Origin: Felis catus
Taxonomy: Eukaryota
DNA: 64,000 nucleotides
Direction: 5' to 3'
Assembly: GCF_018350175.1 (NCBI RefSeq)
Contig: NC_058368.1
Location: 223,574,001-223,638,000, forward strand
The notes under the pieces are model-generated. The model was given only the letters and a program-made list of their open reading frames with translations, had not been told where the DNA came from and searched no databases. Shown here piece after piece: positions 51,691 to 64,000 of the stretch. The translations under genes were made by a program, and so were the position numbers. Within the stretch, counting starts at the first letter, position 1, and every line of letters begins with the position of its first letter.

Positions 51691-52216
51691 CTAGAAAGAC
51701 TATTTTAAAACTAAAATATAATCCTAATAAAATGTGATGTTTGTAACCAATAGTAATTCCAAAATAATCCAGAAATTCCTGTGAAGTTTGTAAAACTCAA
51801 AATTGGAATGACAAGTTCTCATATTTGCTGCTGATACATAGATGGTCTCTTAACACAAAACAGGCAACATAAGATACAAGTTGTAGTGTACAAAATTCTA
51901 GTAGCTAGGTAGAGGTCTTGCAATTTTAAAAAAAATCAAGAAATAAGAGAAAAAAATATAGAATAATGGATAAAATAGAAAGAAAATTAAAATGATGTAA
52001 ACTGAAAGTATACATTAGTATTTATGTTGAAATAAAATCACATAAATACTCAAAAGATACATATTGTCAAAATAGATAAGAAAAAATCATTTAAATATTG
52101 TTTAAGGAGGTGTAAAATCAATGTGATAGAGGAAAATAATTTGAAAGAAAACATATAGAAAAACATAACGAATAAGTACTTGAATATGTATGCTTGCTGT
52201 AGACATATTCATGCAA

Positions 52217-52218
<2 letters not shown>

Positions 52219-52258
<40 letters not shown>
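52219..52258. repeat. (CA)n microsatellite
   Basis: Read directly. Confidence 0.95.
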
Positions 52259-52260
<2 letters not shown>

Positions 52261-54423
52261 TTCATCAAACAACATTGGTAGATATAAAGAGATACATTCA
52301 TTGGGATGAAAACAATTTATGCACCAGGTAGAAATAACAATTTTAAATTTATATACACTTATCAATGTTGCCTCAAAATGAACAAAGAAAAAATGATAGA
52401 AATATTTAAAACTAGATTAGCCCATTATTGTATTGAGACTTTACTATGCTTTTACAAGAAACTGATAGAGTAATTACATAAGATTTTGGTAAGGATGCTG
52501 AAGATTGAAGACCATAATTAAAACATAATTAAATGACAAATATAGAATAATGCACTGAACAACTTCAGAGCATGCATTCTTTTGAAAGTTACAGAAAACA
52601 TTGACCAAAAATTTATTGTATGCAGGGCCACAAAGCAAGTTTTAATAATTTGCCAAGGATTGGCCTCATTATTTTCTGCATGACAAAAAAAAAACAAAGC
52701 TAGATCCTAAGATGCAAATTCAAAAGTTTCGCTAGTAAAATAATCCATTGGAAATAAGGGCATCTCTGAATAAGCTAAGAAACACTTAAGAAATAAAAAT
52801 TAAAAACATATAATTGGAATGATAGTGAAAAAACATGGTATTAAAAAGGACCAAAAGGGGGAATCTATTTTCTGCATAATTTTAATATTAAAATCTGACA
52901 AGGATATATTTTGAATTACGGATATTCTCTCTCGTGAACATAGAAATATCATAAAAGAAATGTTTTCAGAGAATCCAGAAAAAATAATGTTTTCAAATGA
53001 AAAAGAAAAATATTAAAATTCATTTCAATACTGGAAATTGAAGCTTTTGATAAAGTTCAACATCCAATTAATAATAAAAATAATAACAACAATGATACTA
53101 CTATGCATTAGTACAATTTGTAGATAAAATTAATACTTTTCCTAAATATAAGGTCAATATAAATGTATTTCTTGTATTTCTTTATGTCACCAACAATTAG
53201 AAAATAAAATTTAAACACTATGCCACTTAATGTCGTTAAAAAATAAAATGTCCAGAAATAAATGTTACCTTTTTTAGGTATCCATTGCCTAATCGATAAA
53301 TAACAACCTTGAGTAAACTTAGGTTATTTCCTTCCCTGAATCTTTGTTTCTTTGGTTTGTAGGTTATTCAGAGAATTCAAAATTGGATCATTTGAATTGC
53401 GACATAAAAATTTAAAAGTCCAAATATAAAGTAATGATGGCATGAGCCATTTTTAGATTTTTTTTCCTTTAGGTAATATATTACTTTCTTTCTTTTTTTT
53501 TTTTCCTTCAAGGTAATTTCAAAATTTATAGGATACAGTGAGATGTTGTAGTAGGAGAAACTCATACCTGGTAGTCCATAGTCACCTTTGCAGGTGAAAG
53601 CATTGAAAAACGTGGGCAAACAACACTGAGTCCTTGCTCTTGGATGAGCTGATTGAGCTCCTGAGAATGTGAACATTCACTCCCAAAACTGAAACACTAG
53701 TATCAGTTTCCTGGATTGAACTCTCTTCATATTGGCCAGTGACCTTGACTTTTTCCATTGACTTCCCATATGTCCCACCTTTTGTTGATGTGAAAGCTTA
53801 TTCAGGCGTTTTCTCCAGGTCATGCTCTCCTGTCAGTGCCATTTTGCTAGTCTGGCTCCTCTGTTTTACCCTCTACACGGACTACTGAAGCTCTATGGCT
53901 TTTCTAAGAAATGATTTGGGTGCCATTGATAAATGCTTTCTTCATCTCTAAAATGAAGAAAAATGTCACAATATCAGGACCCTAAGATTTTATGACTAGA
54001 TGACTCTCAGATTCCTTTCAATGTGGATTACCTTATTCTCCTGGCATGAAAAGCTATTTGTTGTATTTATTAGAAAAGGCTAAATTTATAACAAATTTAT
54101 CTTTTTTCTGGGTGTCTAAACCCTGTATATAGTATTTTCCTTTTCTTCATACTACTATTACTGTTTCCAGAGAACAATCAATCACTTGACTTAGCACCCC
54201 TAAGTTCTAATGTGATTTCATTAAGTGATTCTATTTATTATCCTTTAAAGACTATATTCAGATCTAGCATCATTGTTGTCTTTAATATTACATAATTTTA
54301 GAAGTCACTTTAAAATAGCTGGGTTCTTTATATTGCTTGAGCATTTCTTTCTCCAAACATTTGTTTCACAAAAATGAATTAAAATATTTTACTAAGGGAA
54401 TAAAGTCACTTGACAATATTTTT

Positions 54424-54636
54424 GGGGCACCTGGGTGGCTCAGTCAGTTGAGTGCTTGACATCGGCTCAGGTCATGATCTTGCAGTCTGTGAGTTCGAAC
54501 CCTGTGTCGTGTTCTATGCTGACAGCTCAGAGCCTGGAGCCTGCTTCAGATTCTGTGTCTTCTCTCTCTGTTCCTTCCCCGCTCACATTTTGTCTCTGTC
54601 TAAAATAAATAAGCATTAAAAAATTAAAAAAAGAAA
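54424..54636 (+). mobile_element. Can-SINE
   Basis: ggggcacctgggtggctcagtcag... Confidence 0.92.
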
Positions 54637-56100
54637 ATATTGTTTATTGCACCCTTATTTAAAAAAAACAACATTGACAAACTGCATGGTCAATTTGTAT
54701 GATTAACCTATTACAAGGGAAATGGCCTGAATCTTCCTATTGTTTAATTTTGCAGTCTTTGGTTCATTTAACCTTATGTTTATAGAGTTTCTAGAGAAAC
54801 TTTGTGCGTTTTGATGCAGAGTAGGAATCGGGAACTCCATTTAAATAATAATTTGTGGAATAAGTTTTCCAAAGCACATTTGTATTGCCCAGCTGTACAA
54901 GGCTCCTCTTTCTATAACAATCGCTTTTAGAATTACAGACATTTTTATTATGGATGCTGTGCATCTACATAAAACAGCATGTGGCCATGGCAAAGAGATT
55001 CATCTTTTGTGAAGCAGAGGTTTAAACCACATATAACAGCAGAGTTCAGGTTGATTCAGGTATCAATACACCTGAAATACAGCAATATATTTCTCTGAGT
55101 TAATATAGTTCCCTGTTCTGAAAAAAAATCTTTTAAGTACCTTGCATGAAAAAAATACTAAGAAGAAAATCATGCATGCATGAAATTTGAAGTCAGTTCC
55201 CAAAGTAAAGTGAATTCAAAATAAATGAGATGGGCCTACACATAAAAACCGAAACATAAATGATGAGGACGATTTCTAGCTTATTTATACCAAATTTTCC
55301 CGTGTTTGTATGTGTATTTCATTAGCAGCAAACTTAGGAAATATAACATCTGTTAAAAAAAATGTATTGTCTGATACCAGCCTCCCTCCATCCAACGTGT
55401 CAATTATTAACAATATAACTTTGTATGAAAAATGTACCTAGATCAGCAGACATCTTACACTTAGATTTGACAAAGATCAACCTCGTTGAACTAACAAAGG
55501 TTGGTATTGTTATTAAATAAATATATGCTCCCATGTGAGATTATATTATAAAGCAAATTCATTGATTACTTTAAAGAAGATACAGTGTGTTCCACAGAAC
55601 GTTCTTTTACTTTAAATGTTTAGTTAGGATTACCTCATTTACCTAACAGAAGACTACATTATTTGTATAAATCCGTGACACTGACTCGTTTGATTTTTTC
55701 CCCCAATAAAGTACTCAAGAAGTAATAGACTATGGAAAACACATTTAAACAGAGGAATATATTTATTTAGTAAACACCAACTATCAATTTGGACTCCCCC
55801 TCCCTTTAGTAGAATAAATCTGTAACTGCTTCTCTCAGATCTTTCAAAATAATCAAAGAATTTATGCACTAATTACATAATATGCATATGATAGGAAACA
55901 TCTAATTTCAGTTAAAAGGAGTGAGAGAAAGCAAATTGTTAATGGATTGTACATTACCAACAAATTGAGCAAACGTCACAGGTAGCAGAGTGTAGATAAA
56001 TCATTACTGACAAAAGGATAGAAAATATTAATGACAGATACATGGCACTTATCTAGATATCTAGACACTTAAATCTTTTAAAAATCACAAACATGTTAGC

Positions 56101-56186
56101 TTCTTTTTTTTAAGTTTATTTATATTTTGAGAGAGAGAGGGAGCATGAACACGAGCAGGGGAAGAACAGAGAGTGGAAGAGAGAGA

Positions 56187-56238
<52 letters not shown>

Positions 56239-56362
56239 CCAGCAGGCTCTGCACTGACAGTGCAGAGCCTGAGGCTGGACTCAGTCTCGCTAACCCTGAG
56301 ATCATGACCTGAGCTGAAATCAAAAGTCAGACACTTAACAGACTGAGCCACCCAGGAGCCCC
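56101..56362 (-). mobile_element. Can-SINE with long (GA)n
   Basis: Antisense body; TSD caaacatgtta. Confidence 0.92.
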
Positions 56363-58770
56363 AAACATGTTACCTTCTGAGCTGGGTTTACTAATAAAAG
56401 TCCAAGGAAACAATAAATGGAAATCTATTTACTACTAAATGAAAAAAAGGTAATCAGTAAACAGAAAAATTGAATATACCTTCTCGCATCAACAGAATAT
56501 CTCAGAGTTCTAGATGAAAGTAGAGCAACATTCTATGGTTTTGGAGGCATTTTTCAGAAGTATGGAAAAATATTTAAGTGTAGATGTGTCAGCAACAATT
56601 CTGTAGGAATTCAAGATGCATGGTTCCCTCTTAAACAAAATGTGGTAATCAGCTCATCATTTGCTATGGACATGAGATCGAGAAATCTTTGAGGAAGATA
56701 AATTTGCTACAGTGAGCTTCCTGGCAAATGCAGATTTGAAATTACTGGTATAAAAATGGAAAGTACATTTTGCTAAAGATAACAGTGAGACAGGAAAGAT
56801 AAAATATAGATTATATCAGTGCTCAACAAATAGAATAAACTTAAGTATAAACACATTAAGGAAATTTAAAATAATGTATAAATTAGTTTCAAATGAGAAA
56901 AAAATAATTGTCCCAAAGAAGTAATAAGAGGAAACATAAAATAATTTAGTTGGTTTAAATTGAGTGTTCTCTGTCACTATCTTCCAGAATCACATTCTAG
57001 GATAAGAAATGAACTTGAAAATGTGTCCGTAGGTTTTGAGGTATCATTGTCAGCATAATAGGACTCAGAATTAGAGAATGACCATGAACAAAGTGTAGGG
57101 GGAGATAGGACATTTCTTTTCCAAAAGAAAAAAAAAATGTACATTTACATTATGTTACCCTGAAAACAATCTTGAAAATTTGGTAGTTTTATTTCAGTTT
57201 TATATTAAGTACCTGATATGTACAGAATGTAGGTCTGTTCTTCAGATTATACTACACATTCTCTGACCTCCATGGAGCTTTTCATGCACTTGAGAAAAGT
57301 TGTCAGATTGTTTCTGATTATCCATCAATTTATTCTCCTATCAAGTCAAAAGCCAATAGCAAGGGAAGAACGATCTATCCAGAGAGTAGCTGTGCTTCAG
57401 ATGGAAAAGAAGGCAAACATCAAGGAGATACGTAGATTTTTCAGTTCATAAAGTAATAGCGTGAAGGGAAGGAAAGAAGTGATGAATGATAGAGACTTCT
57501 TGGAATATGTGGGCTGGAAGGAGGAGGCTTTACCTAGGATTTCTTTCTGAGAAAGTACATCTTGAACAAGGATGCCAGGGTGAGAGCCGCATGCATATAT
57601 GGACGAAATGGATCACTTCTATTGCCTGAAGCACTTTTGGCAATGAAATGCGTGTGGACACATGCTTTTCTGGTGTCACTGTCACTGATGATTCCTTTTT
57701 AGGACTTTTATATTCGTCCTCATCTGCCAGACCAACTAATGGGCTCGATACTTGGACAGGAATTTACGTTTTAACTGTTGCACATACTGGTGTATCCTTT
57801 CACTCAGAAAAGATGGAAATGGGATGAAATTGAGTAAGATGTTTTTAGAAATCGTAACAATTTTTGAGCTGAACACACTATATTTCCCATATAGGACACA
57901 CTCTTTTCACAAGCTTCTTGTTGCTCTCTTTGTTCTTAATTTATCTAAGGAAGGGATAGATGAAAGATACCTAAGCATTAGGATACAAAGTTTTAAAAGA
58001 GGAGAATATTGTCCTGCTTATTGGTTTGGCTATTTCCTCCTTAAGAGTGTAACGTCTACAGCTATTGGGATTTGTGTTCTGTTCTTCGGTCACCTGGAAT
58101 GTTTTATTTATGTATTCAAACATTGTCTGGTATATCATGCACAGACTCCAAATTTTAGACTGCTTTCTCCCAACCACCGTATATGAGAAGTATTCCATAA
58201 AACTCTGAGTGGTCTGGTTTTGCCTTTGCTACTATTTTAACAGTTAGGAGTCCCATCACAATCCTTTAGGGTTTCTGATTCATATCTGTAAAATAGAGGG
58301 GCTAGATCATGCTCTCAAAAGTGCCCCGAAACAATAAAAACAGTATGACTCCACTGTGTTTGCATGTACTGAGAACCAGGAACACCACAAATCTGTTGTA
58401 CATGAACACTAGGATGTTTATATTTGTACACATGATACTCATGTTTCCCCAAACAGGTGTCCATACAAAATCTTGCAACTAATTGGCCCAAGGTACTGTG
58501 GGTGATAAAGAAAAAAAAATAATAAATAAATGTCTGTGCTATGCTAGAAAATAAAGTGTGAATGATTATAAATTGTACTGTAATGTGTTTCCTAAAATCT
58601 CATATAAGAAGACAGAGCCAATTAGCTGGTACGTTTATTAGTTCAATTTGAAAGCAGGCAAGGTGGATCAAGGGGGCTTTTTAAAATCCTTTTGTGATGA
58701 CAAATATAATTAAAATCAAAGGAATAAGCAAAATTAAGTTTACTATTTAGTATTTGCTTTCTCTCTTTAG

Positions 58771-58888
58771 GTTATTCATACCATCAGTGCTACTGATAAA
58801 GATGATTTTGCAAATGGACCAAGGTTTAACTTCTTTCTTGATGAACGCCTGTCTATAAACCCAAACTTCACTCTGAAGGACAATGAAG
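58771..58888 (+). CDS. CDH18: Cadherin-18 internal coding exon (118 nt, phase 0 to 1): EC5
   Basis: Acceptor ctctctttag|GTT and donor GAAG|gtgaac. Translates VIHTISATDKDDFANGPRFNFFLDERLSINPNFTLKDNE, with ATDKD and NPNFTL motifs. Not in the ORF track. Confidence 0.95.
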
Positions 58889-60947
58889 GTGAACACGAAT
58901 TACATATACTTTTTAATCTATGTGAGATCTGCTTTGACTTAATATGGAATAGGCCTGAGCAGTTTTGTTTTATTTTTACATACCCATGAACAGCTTGCAA
59001 ATCCGCATTCAAAGTCAGTTTGATGTTAATGTGTTATGATCTGTGAATAGCTTGTATTTAAAATTGAGCCATATGTACAAATAACTTTCATTGAGTTTAT
59101 TCAGAAGCATTCCTTTAAACAAGAAATGTACATGTAATATGCTCTTGGGCAAATTTTAAGAGAAATCTTAGCTGACAAACATGTTTATGAGAGCTGCTTG
59201 CAATTGCTAGGAGGTAGAAAAATTTTAAATTAGGAAAAATGAAAAATATGTCCTAGGGACAGTCAGGAAAGGAAATGCAACGTTTGAATTCATCTTGCAT
59301 TAGCAAGGCTATCATAATGTGGTGTACAAATTATATTTCCTCTTGTTATTATGAATATTTTTCAAACTATGGGTAGAAAATATGCATAATTGCAGAATAT
59401 TTTGTAAATTTTGAATTACTTTTGCTTAAACTTCTGTATTGTGTGGGGAAAGAGAGAACACCATAATCTAGTACCTAGAGAAGATTCACCATGATTTAGA
59501 TTCCCTGTTTGGTAGATTTCTCCAGGTCCTGTAAAAATCAATCTTCTGTATGTAAAGGAAACACTAAGTCATTCTCTATGTGCAGTGTTCTGATTTGTAT
59601 CAACTTTCTTCTTACCCCAAACTATCTTTGATCATGTTTATCTGAATATGCTCCTTTTGGAATTTAACACTTGCCTCAGAATCCTTTTAAAGAAACAACA
59701 GTGCATCCACTTAAGAGTAAACATTTAATTTCCTCTCTATACACTTCAGGGAAAAGGATTTTCAAACACCAAAAAAAAAAAAAAAAATGCTGTTACTTAA
59801 TGTCAACTCACTAAAACATTATTTCCATCATTCCTAATTCCTTCTTTATATTATCATAACAAGAAGACCAAATTGTACATGTGGCCATAGCAAGATTCAT
59901 ATGAAAATACAAAGCTTGATTGTCTCTCATTTTAACTACCGTATAGTCAGCTCTATGTACGAGAATAAATATTTGTGCATGTTTGTATCTGACATATTGT
60001 ATTAGTTGATTATTGTAAATTTATTTGCATTTGAATATTCCATTCTACAATCCCAAATATATTTAATGTAAGTATGTTAAATATGTAAAAAAATCTCTTA
60101 CTATTTCCCATATTTCAATATTTGCAAAATTTGGAGAGCATTTAACTTTCTGCCTTAGATTACAATCATATCTAGATATCTATATCTATATCTATCTATA
60201 TATTTCAGTTGTTTGTTTTTACATTCCAATAAGGATTTTATTTTATATTTTTAAGTAATTTTCATTTGATAATATAATGAAAATTTGACTTGGATTTAAA
60301 GATGGGCATTCAAGTTATTTAACCCATGTAAGTATAAGTCCAAAAGTATTTTTAAAACCAGGAGAATTTTAATATTGTTGAGACCCACTCAGTGATTAAA
60401 AATCCGCAGACAAAAATACTATATCTGGAATTTGTGAATTTAATGAATGGCAACATTCAAAAGGGCTGAATTCAATCATTTGACTCACCAGTGGTAGGAA
60501 CTAATTTCCCTCAAATATATACACTCTTGAAAGGATTTATGGTGCTGATGTACATATTTTTACATTTGTTTTAAATGTAATTTTTTTAACATTTTTAAAC
60601 ATACATACAAACATTTTTCAATGTAAGCTTTTTAACGTTTGTTTTAAACATACATACGAATGCTTTGTCAAACATGTGAGGCCTATGGACAGTTGTGTAG
60701 GGATAAAGATGTTTTAATATATTTGTAAGATTATTTTTTAAATGTTGGGAATTGATAAAATTATAAATAACACAAGAAACTTTCTTTTGGATAGGTAAAA
60801 CAGCAGTTTTTAGAAAAAAAAAAATCAGGTGCATAGCGGAAAGCATGAACTTATGGCAAGCCGATTTGATTATGCTAGATAAGCCACCTAAACGTTCCGA
60901 GCCTCAGCTTTTACATCCATAAATTATGCTTTAAAATACCCACTTTG

Positions 60948-61165
60948 GGGGCGCCTGGGTGGCGCAGTCGGTTAAGCGTCCGACTTCAGCCAGGTCACCA
61001 TCTCGCGGTCCGGGAGTTCGAGCCCCAAGTCGGGCTCTGGGCTGATGGCTCGGAGCCTGGAGCCTATTTCCGATTCTGTGTCTCCCTCTCTCTCTGCCCC
61101 TCCCCCGTTCATGCTCTGTCTCTCTCTGTCCCCAAAATAAATAAACGTTGAAAAAAAATTTTTTT
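60948..61165 (+). mobile_element. Young felid SINEC_Fc element
   Basis: Near-consensus and CpG-rich; TSD aaatacccact(t/c)tgg. Confidence 0.97.
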
Positions 61166-61482
61166 AAATACCCACTCTGGAACTTTGGGAGAGTTAGTGA
61201 TACCATATGTAAAGATGGCCTTTTCTATAAACACAAGACAGTTATGGATAATAATATGTAAAGATGAAATTAAAAACAGAATAGCCATACCAAAATGAAC
61301 GCACTCATACATATATATGTTCACAAGTGCATAAATAATTCTCTGGACAACAACCAGCACAAAAATAAAAAGAGAGCAAATATAAATATTAACAATCTAA
61401 GCCTGCTGAATCCTGGTAGCTTAGCATTTATATGCCCCCAGAACATACAAAATATATCTAAAAGAAACAAAGACAATGAAAA

Positions 61483-61486
<4 letters not shown>

Positions 61487-61522
<36 letters not shown>
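61487..61522. repeat. (TG)n microsatellite
   Basis: Read directly. Confidence 0.95.
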
Positions 61523-61524
<2 letters not shown>

Positions 61525-62029
61525 CGAGCATGCATGTGCGCATGCACAGGCACTCACTGCTTACACAAAAGTACACCAGGGAACGGTAGAAGGCAGACCT
61601 AGCCTCTGAGCCAGGATGGGTGATCAGGAATCCTTTGGTTTAGTAGCATCTCCCAAACTGCTAAATGGTAAAGACTGAATAGAGAGAAAAAGAGATTTCC
61701 AAAATAAGAGAGAAGTGTATATATTATTGTTTACTCTAAGCCCGCAGATCAACACATTAAAAGGTAGACAATGAAATAAAAAAATAAGTCAGAAAGTGAA
61801 TTTACTCTGAATAATACAAAACACATAAGTGATCAGAAAATATTTTAATAAAAGTATATTTAGGATTCTCAAAATTAAAAAAAAAATAACATGTTTACAA
61901 AAAGACCAAGAAGCAATTAAGTGAAATGAGACAATGAAAGAAAACAAGTCTGTATAAAAACAATTTAAAAATCCCTATGAAATCAATGAATTAATTAAAT
62001 CCTTATCAAAATAAAACTATAGTTTTTGC

Positions 62030-62345
62030 ATATATAAAAAAGTATATAGAACCATATAAGAAACATACAATAATTCAGTTTTATATATGTAATTATATAT
62101 AAACATATAAAACTATAGTTATTGAATATATAGAAAAAAACTACATATAGAAATTACATATATACAGAACTACATATGTATTACATACATATATACAGAA
62201 CTACATATAGAAATTTATAGATATTTAGGTATGTATAAAATTACATATATATGTTTATATTCTTAAGTTTATACTGTAATTATAAAGACATATACCCGTA
62301 TATAAACATATATAATATACGTATATGTATACACATACACATAAA
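62030..62345. repeat. AT-rich low-complexity tract with a repeated tatatacagaactacatat unit
   Basis: Unit occurs twice, near 62159 and 62190, within TA-rich sequence. Confidence 0.75.
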
Positions 62346-62689
62346 CACAGATATAAAGACAGAACAACACAAATTACTAGGCAGCATTACCTCTAGACAG
62401 GACACAAAGAAAGTTTAACAAGTCAAATGTAAAATTCATTAATTCAAGCAAAAAAGCTCAGGTAGATCAAAACTTTAAAAATGCATAAGAACACTTAGCA
62501 GATACGGAGTATAACGTGCCTAGAAGAATTAAGAAGAAATTATAGCAATCAACAATATAGATAGGTAAAATTACTTGACAGTTTCTCATATTGAAAATAG
62601 ATGTGTCCTTACAATGAACATAAACACCAAAGCCAAGCACAAAATCAAATCTTCGCTTGGATATGACAGTTTAAAACTGGTAAATCTCA

Positions 62690-62903
62690 GGGGCGCGTTG
62701 GTGGTTCAGTCAGTTAAGTGTCCTACTTTGGCTCAGGTCACGATCTTGAGGTACACGAGTTCGAGCCCCACTTTGGGCTCTGTGCTGACAGCTCAAAGCC
62801 TGCTTCTGATTCTGTGTCTCCCTCTCTCTGCCCCTCCCCTCCCACAGAGAGACTCTCTGTCTCTCTTTCTCAAAAATAAATTAAAAAAAAATTAAAAAAA
62901 AAA
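62690..62903 (+). mobile_element. Can-SINE
   Basis: ggggcgcgttggtggttcagtcagttaag... Confidence 0.9.
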
Positions 62904-63010
62904 CATGTTAAACCTCAAAGATAAAGAGAAAAATCTTTACAGTATCAAAGACAAAATGCAGAATAATTAAAAACAATGAGAATTAGATTTAAAGTAGATT
63001 CCTGTGTTAA

Positions 63011-63227
63011 TTTTTTTAAATTTTCTTTAATGTTTATTTATTTTTGAAAGAGAGAGACCAGTGTGAACGGGCCAGGGGTGAAGAGAGAGTGCGATACAGA
63101 ATCTGAAGCAAGCTCCAGGCTCTGAGCTGTCAGCACAGAGCCTGATGCAGGGCTCAAACTCATGAACCATGAGATCATGACTTGAGTCAAAGTAGAAGCT
63201 TATCTGACTGAGCCACCCAAGTGCCCC
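63011..63227 (-). mobile_element. Can-SINE
   Basis: caggctctgagctgtcagcacagagcc...tgagccacccaagtgcccc. Confidence 0.9.
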
Positions 63228-64000
63228 TAATTTTTTTTTAAAGCTGAAAGAGGTTGACAAAAAACACGTGCTCAAAATGCTGAAGGAAAATAATTTGCTA
63301 TTATCAATAACCTTTCCTAGATTTAGTTAAAAATGGTAAGCTATCTAAAATCAAGGAAGACCCCTTAGTTAAGAATTTTTTCCAATGTATAAAAAATAAG
63401 TTTTTACTGTTCGCGACTGACATTTTGACAAATGTCGTATGAATCTTTGCCTTCAGAATCTCTGCAGAATATAATAGAGAAGAAAAAAATCTTGTAATTC
63501 ATGTTTTATTTCATATGTTAAAGCTTGAAGAGTAAATGCTAAATTAGCAGAAGAAAAGTCTGTGATTTCCAAAGCAAGGAAGGATTTTCAGAAAGTTAAA
63601 TAAAAAAGCTTATTTTATCAATGGAGCACAAGGCCAGAAAGGAGAATAAAAGATGGAAAGTGAAAGCATAGAAAATGAAAGAAGAAAGTAGAAATAAGTT
63701 CAAACATATTGTAGTCATAATCGGATTAAATATCATTTTTCATCAAAGCTGTATATAAATATGCTGCTTAGAAGAGGTGTACCAAATTCGAAATGAGATA
63801 TGAAATTGTATATAAAAAGTTGGAAATATTTACCCATTGCTTCAAAAGAAACAACTATTGCTGAAAAAAAGAAAACCCATGATCCATGGGGTCTAAAATA
63901 AGACATTTATTCAGCTCACATGTTTACGAAGGAGCACATTCTGGTAGGTTTCTGATAGGTTCATCTAAGCAGCTCTTCTGGTCTCAGGACACCTACAGTC

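Larger units (their letters stand above)
50800..53270 (+). mobile_element. Highly degraded old L1M fragments (interrupted by a SINE and (CA)n)
   Basis: aataacaattttaaatttatatacac...agagcatgcattctttt...tgcagggccacaaagcaagt...gcttttgataaagttcaacatcca resemble L1 ORF2. Confidence 0.55.

Noticed and set aside
57752..58186. Longest ORF in the track (144 aa)
   Set aside because: TTG start, no recognisable domain, intronic; length is compatible with chance.
1900..63275. Many similar short ORFs (AQVMIS...SSPTLGSVLTAQSLE, GSGHDL...EPGAC) that look like a repeated peptide family
   Set aside because: They are translations of Can-SINE copies, which are non-coding tRNA-derived repeats.

Overview
AT-rich, CpG-poor mammalian genomic DNA, almost certainly felid, because it carries near-consensus SINEC_Fc-type Can-SINEs. 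The window lies entirely inside a + strand type II classical cadherin gene that I recognise as CDH18. It contains four internal coding exons: 8845-9098 (254 nt), 25513-25649 (137 nt), 48266-48387 (122 nt) and 58771-58888 (118 nt). All have AG/GT borders and splice into one open frame covering the end of EC3, EC4 and the first half of EC5. The rest is intron: about 35 Can-SINEs, old L1/L2/MIR fragments, MLT1/MLT2 LTRs, two Tigger-type elements, a MER20 and many microsatellites. Nearly all entries in the ORF track are SINE or repeat artefacts. I found no convincing novel biological system. The best second-look items are modest: a (CCCTAA)3 telomeric insert inside an old L1, repeated SINE insertion into the same target site, inverted SINE pairs around each exon together with in-frame exon blocks, a TIR-intact 1.1-kb Tigger-like element, and a pure (TTTTAG)15 array. 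Repeat boundaries are approximate, and repeat family names come from recalled consensus motifs, not from a database search.
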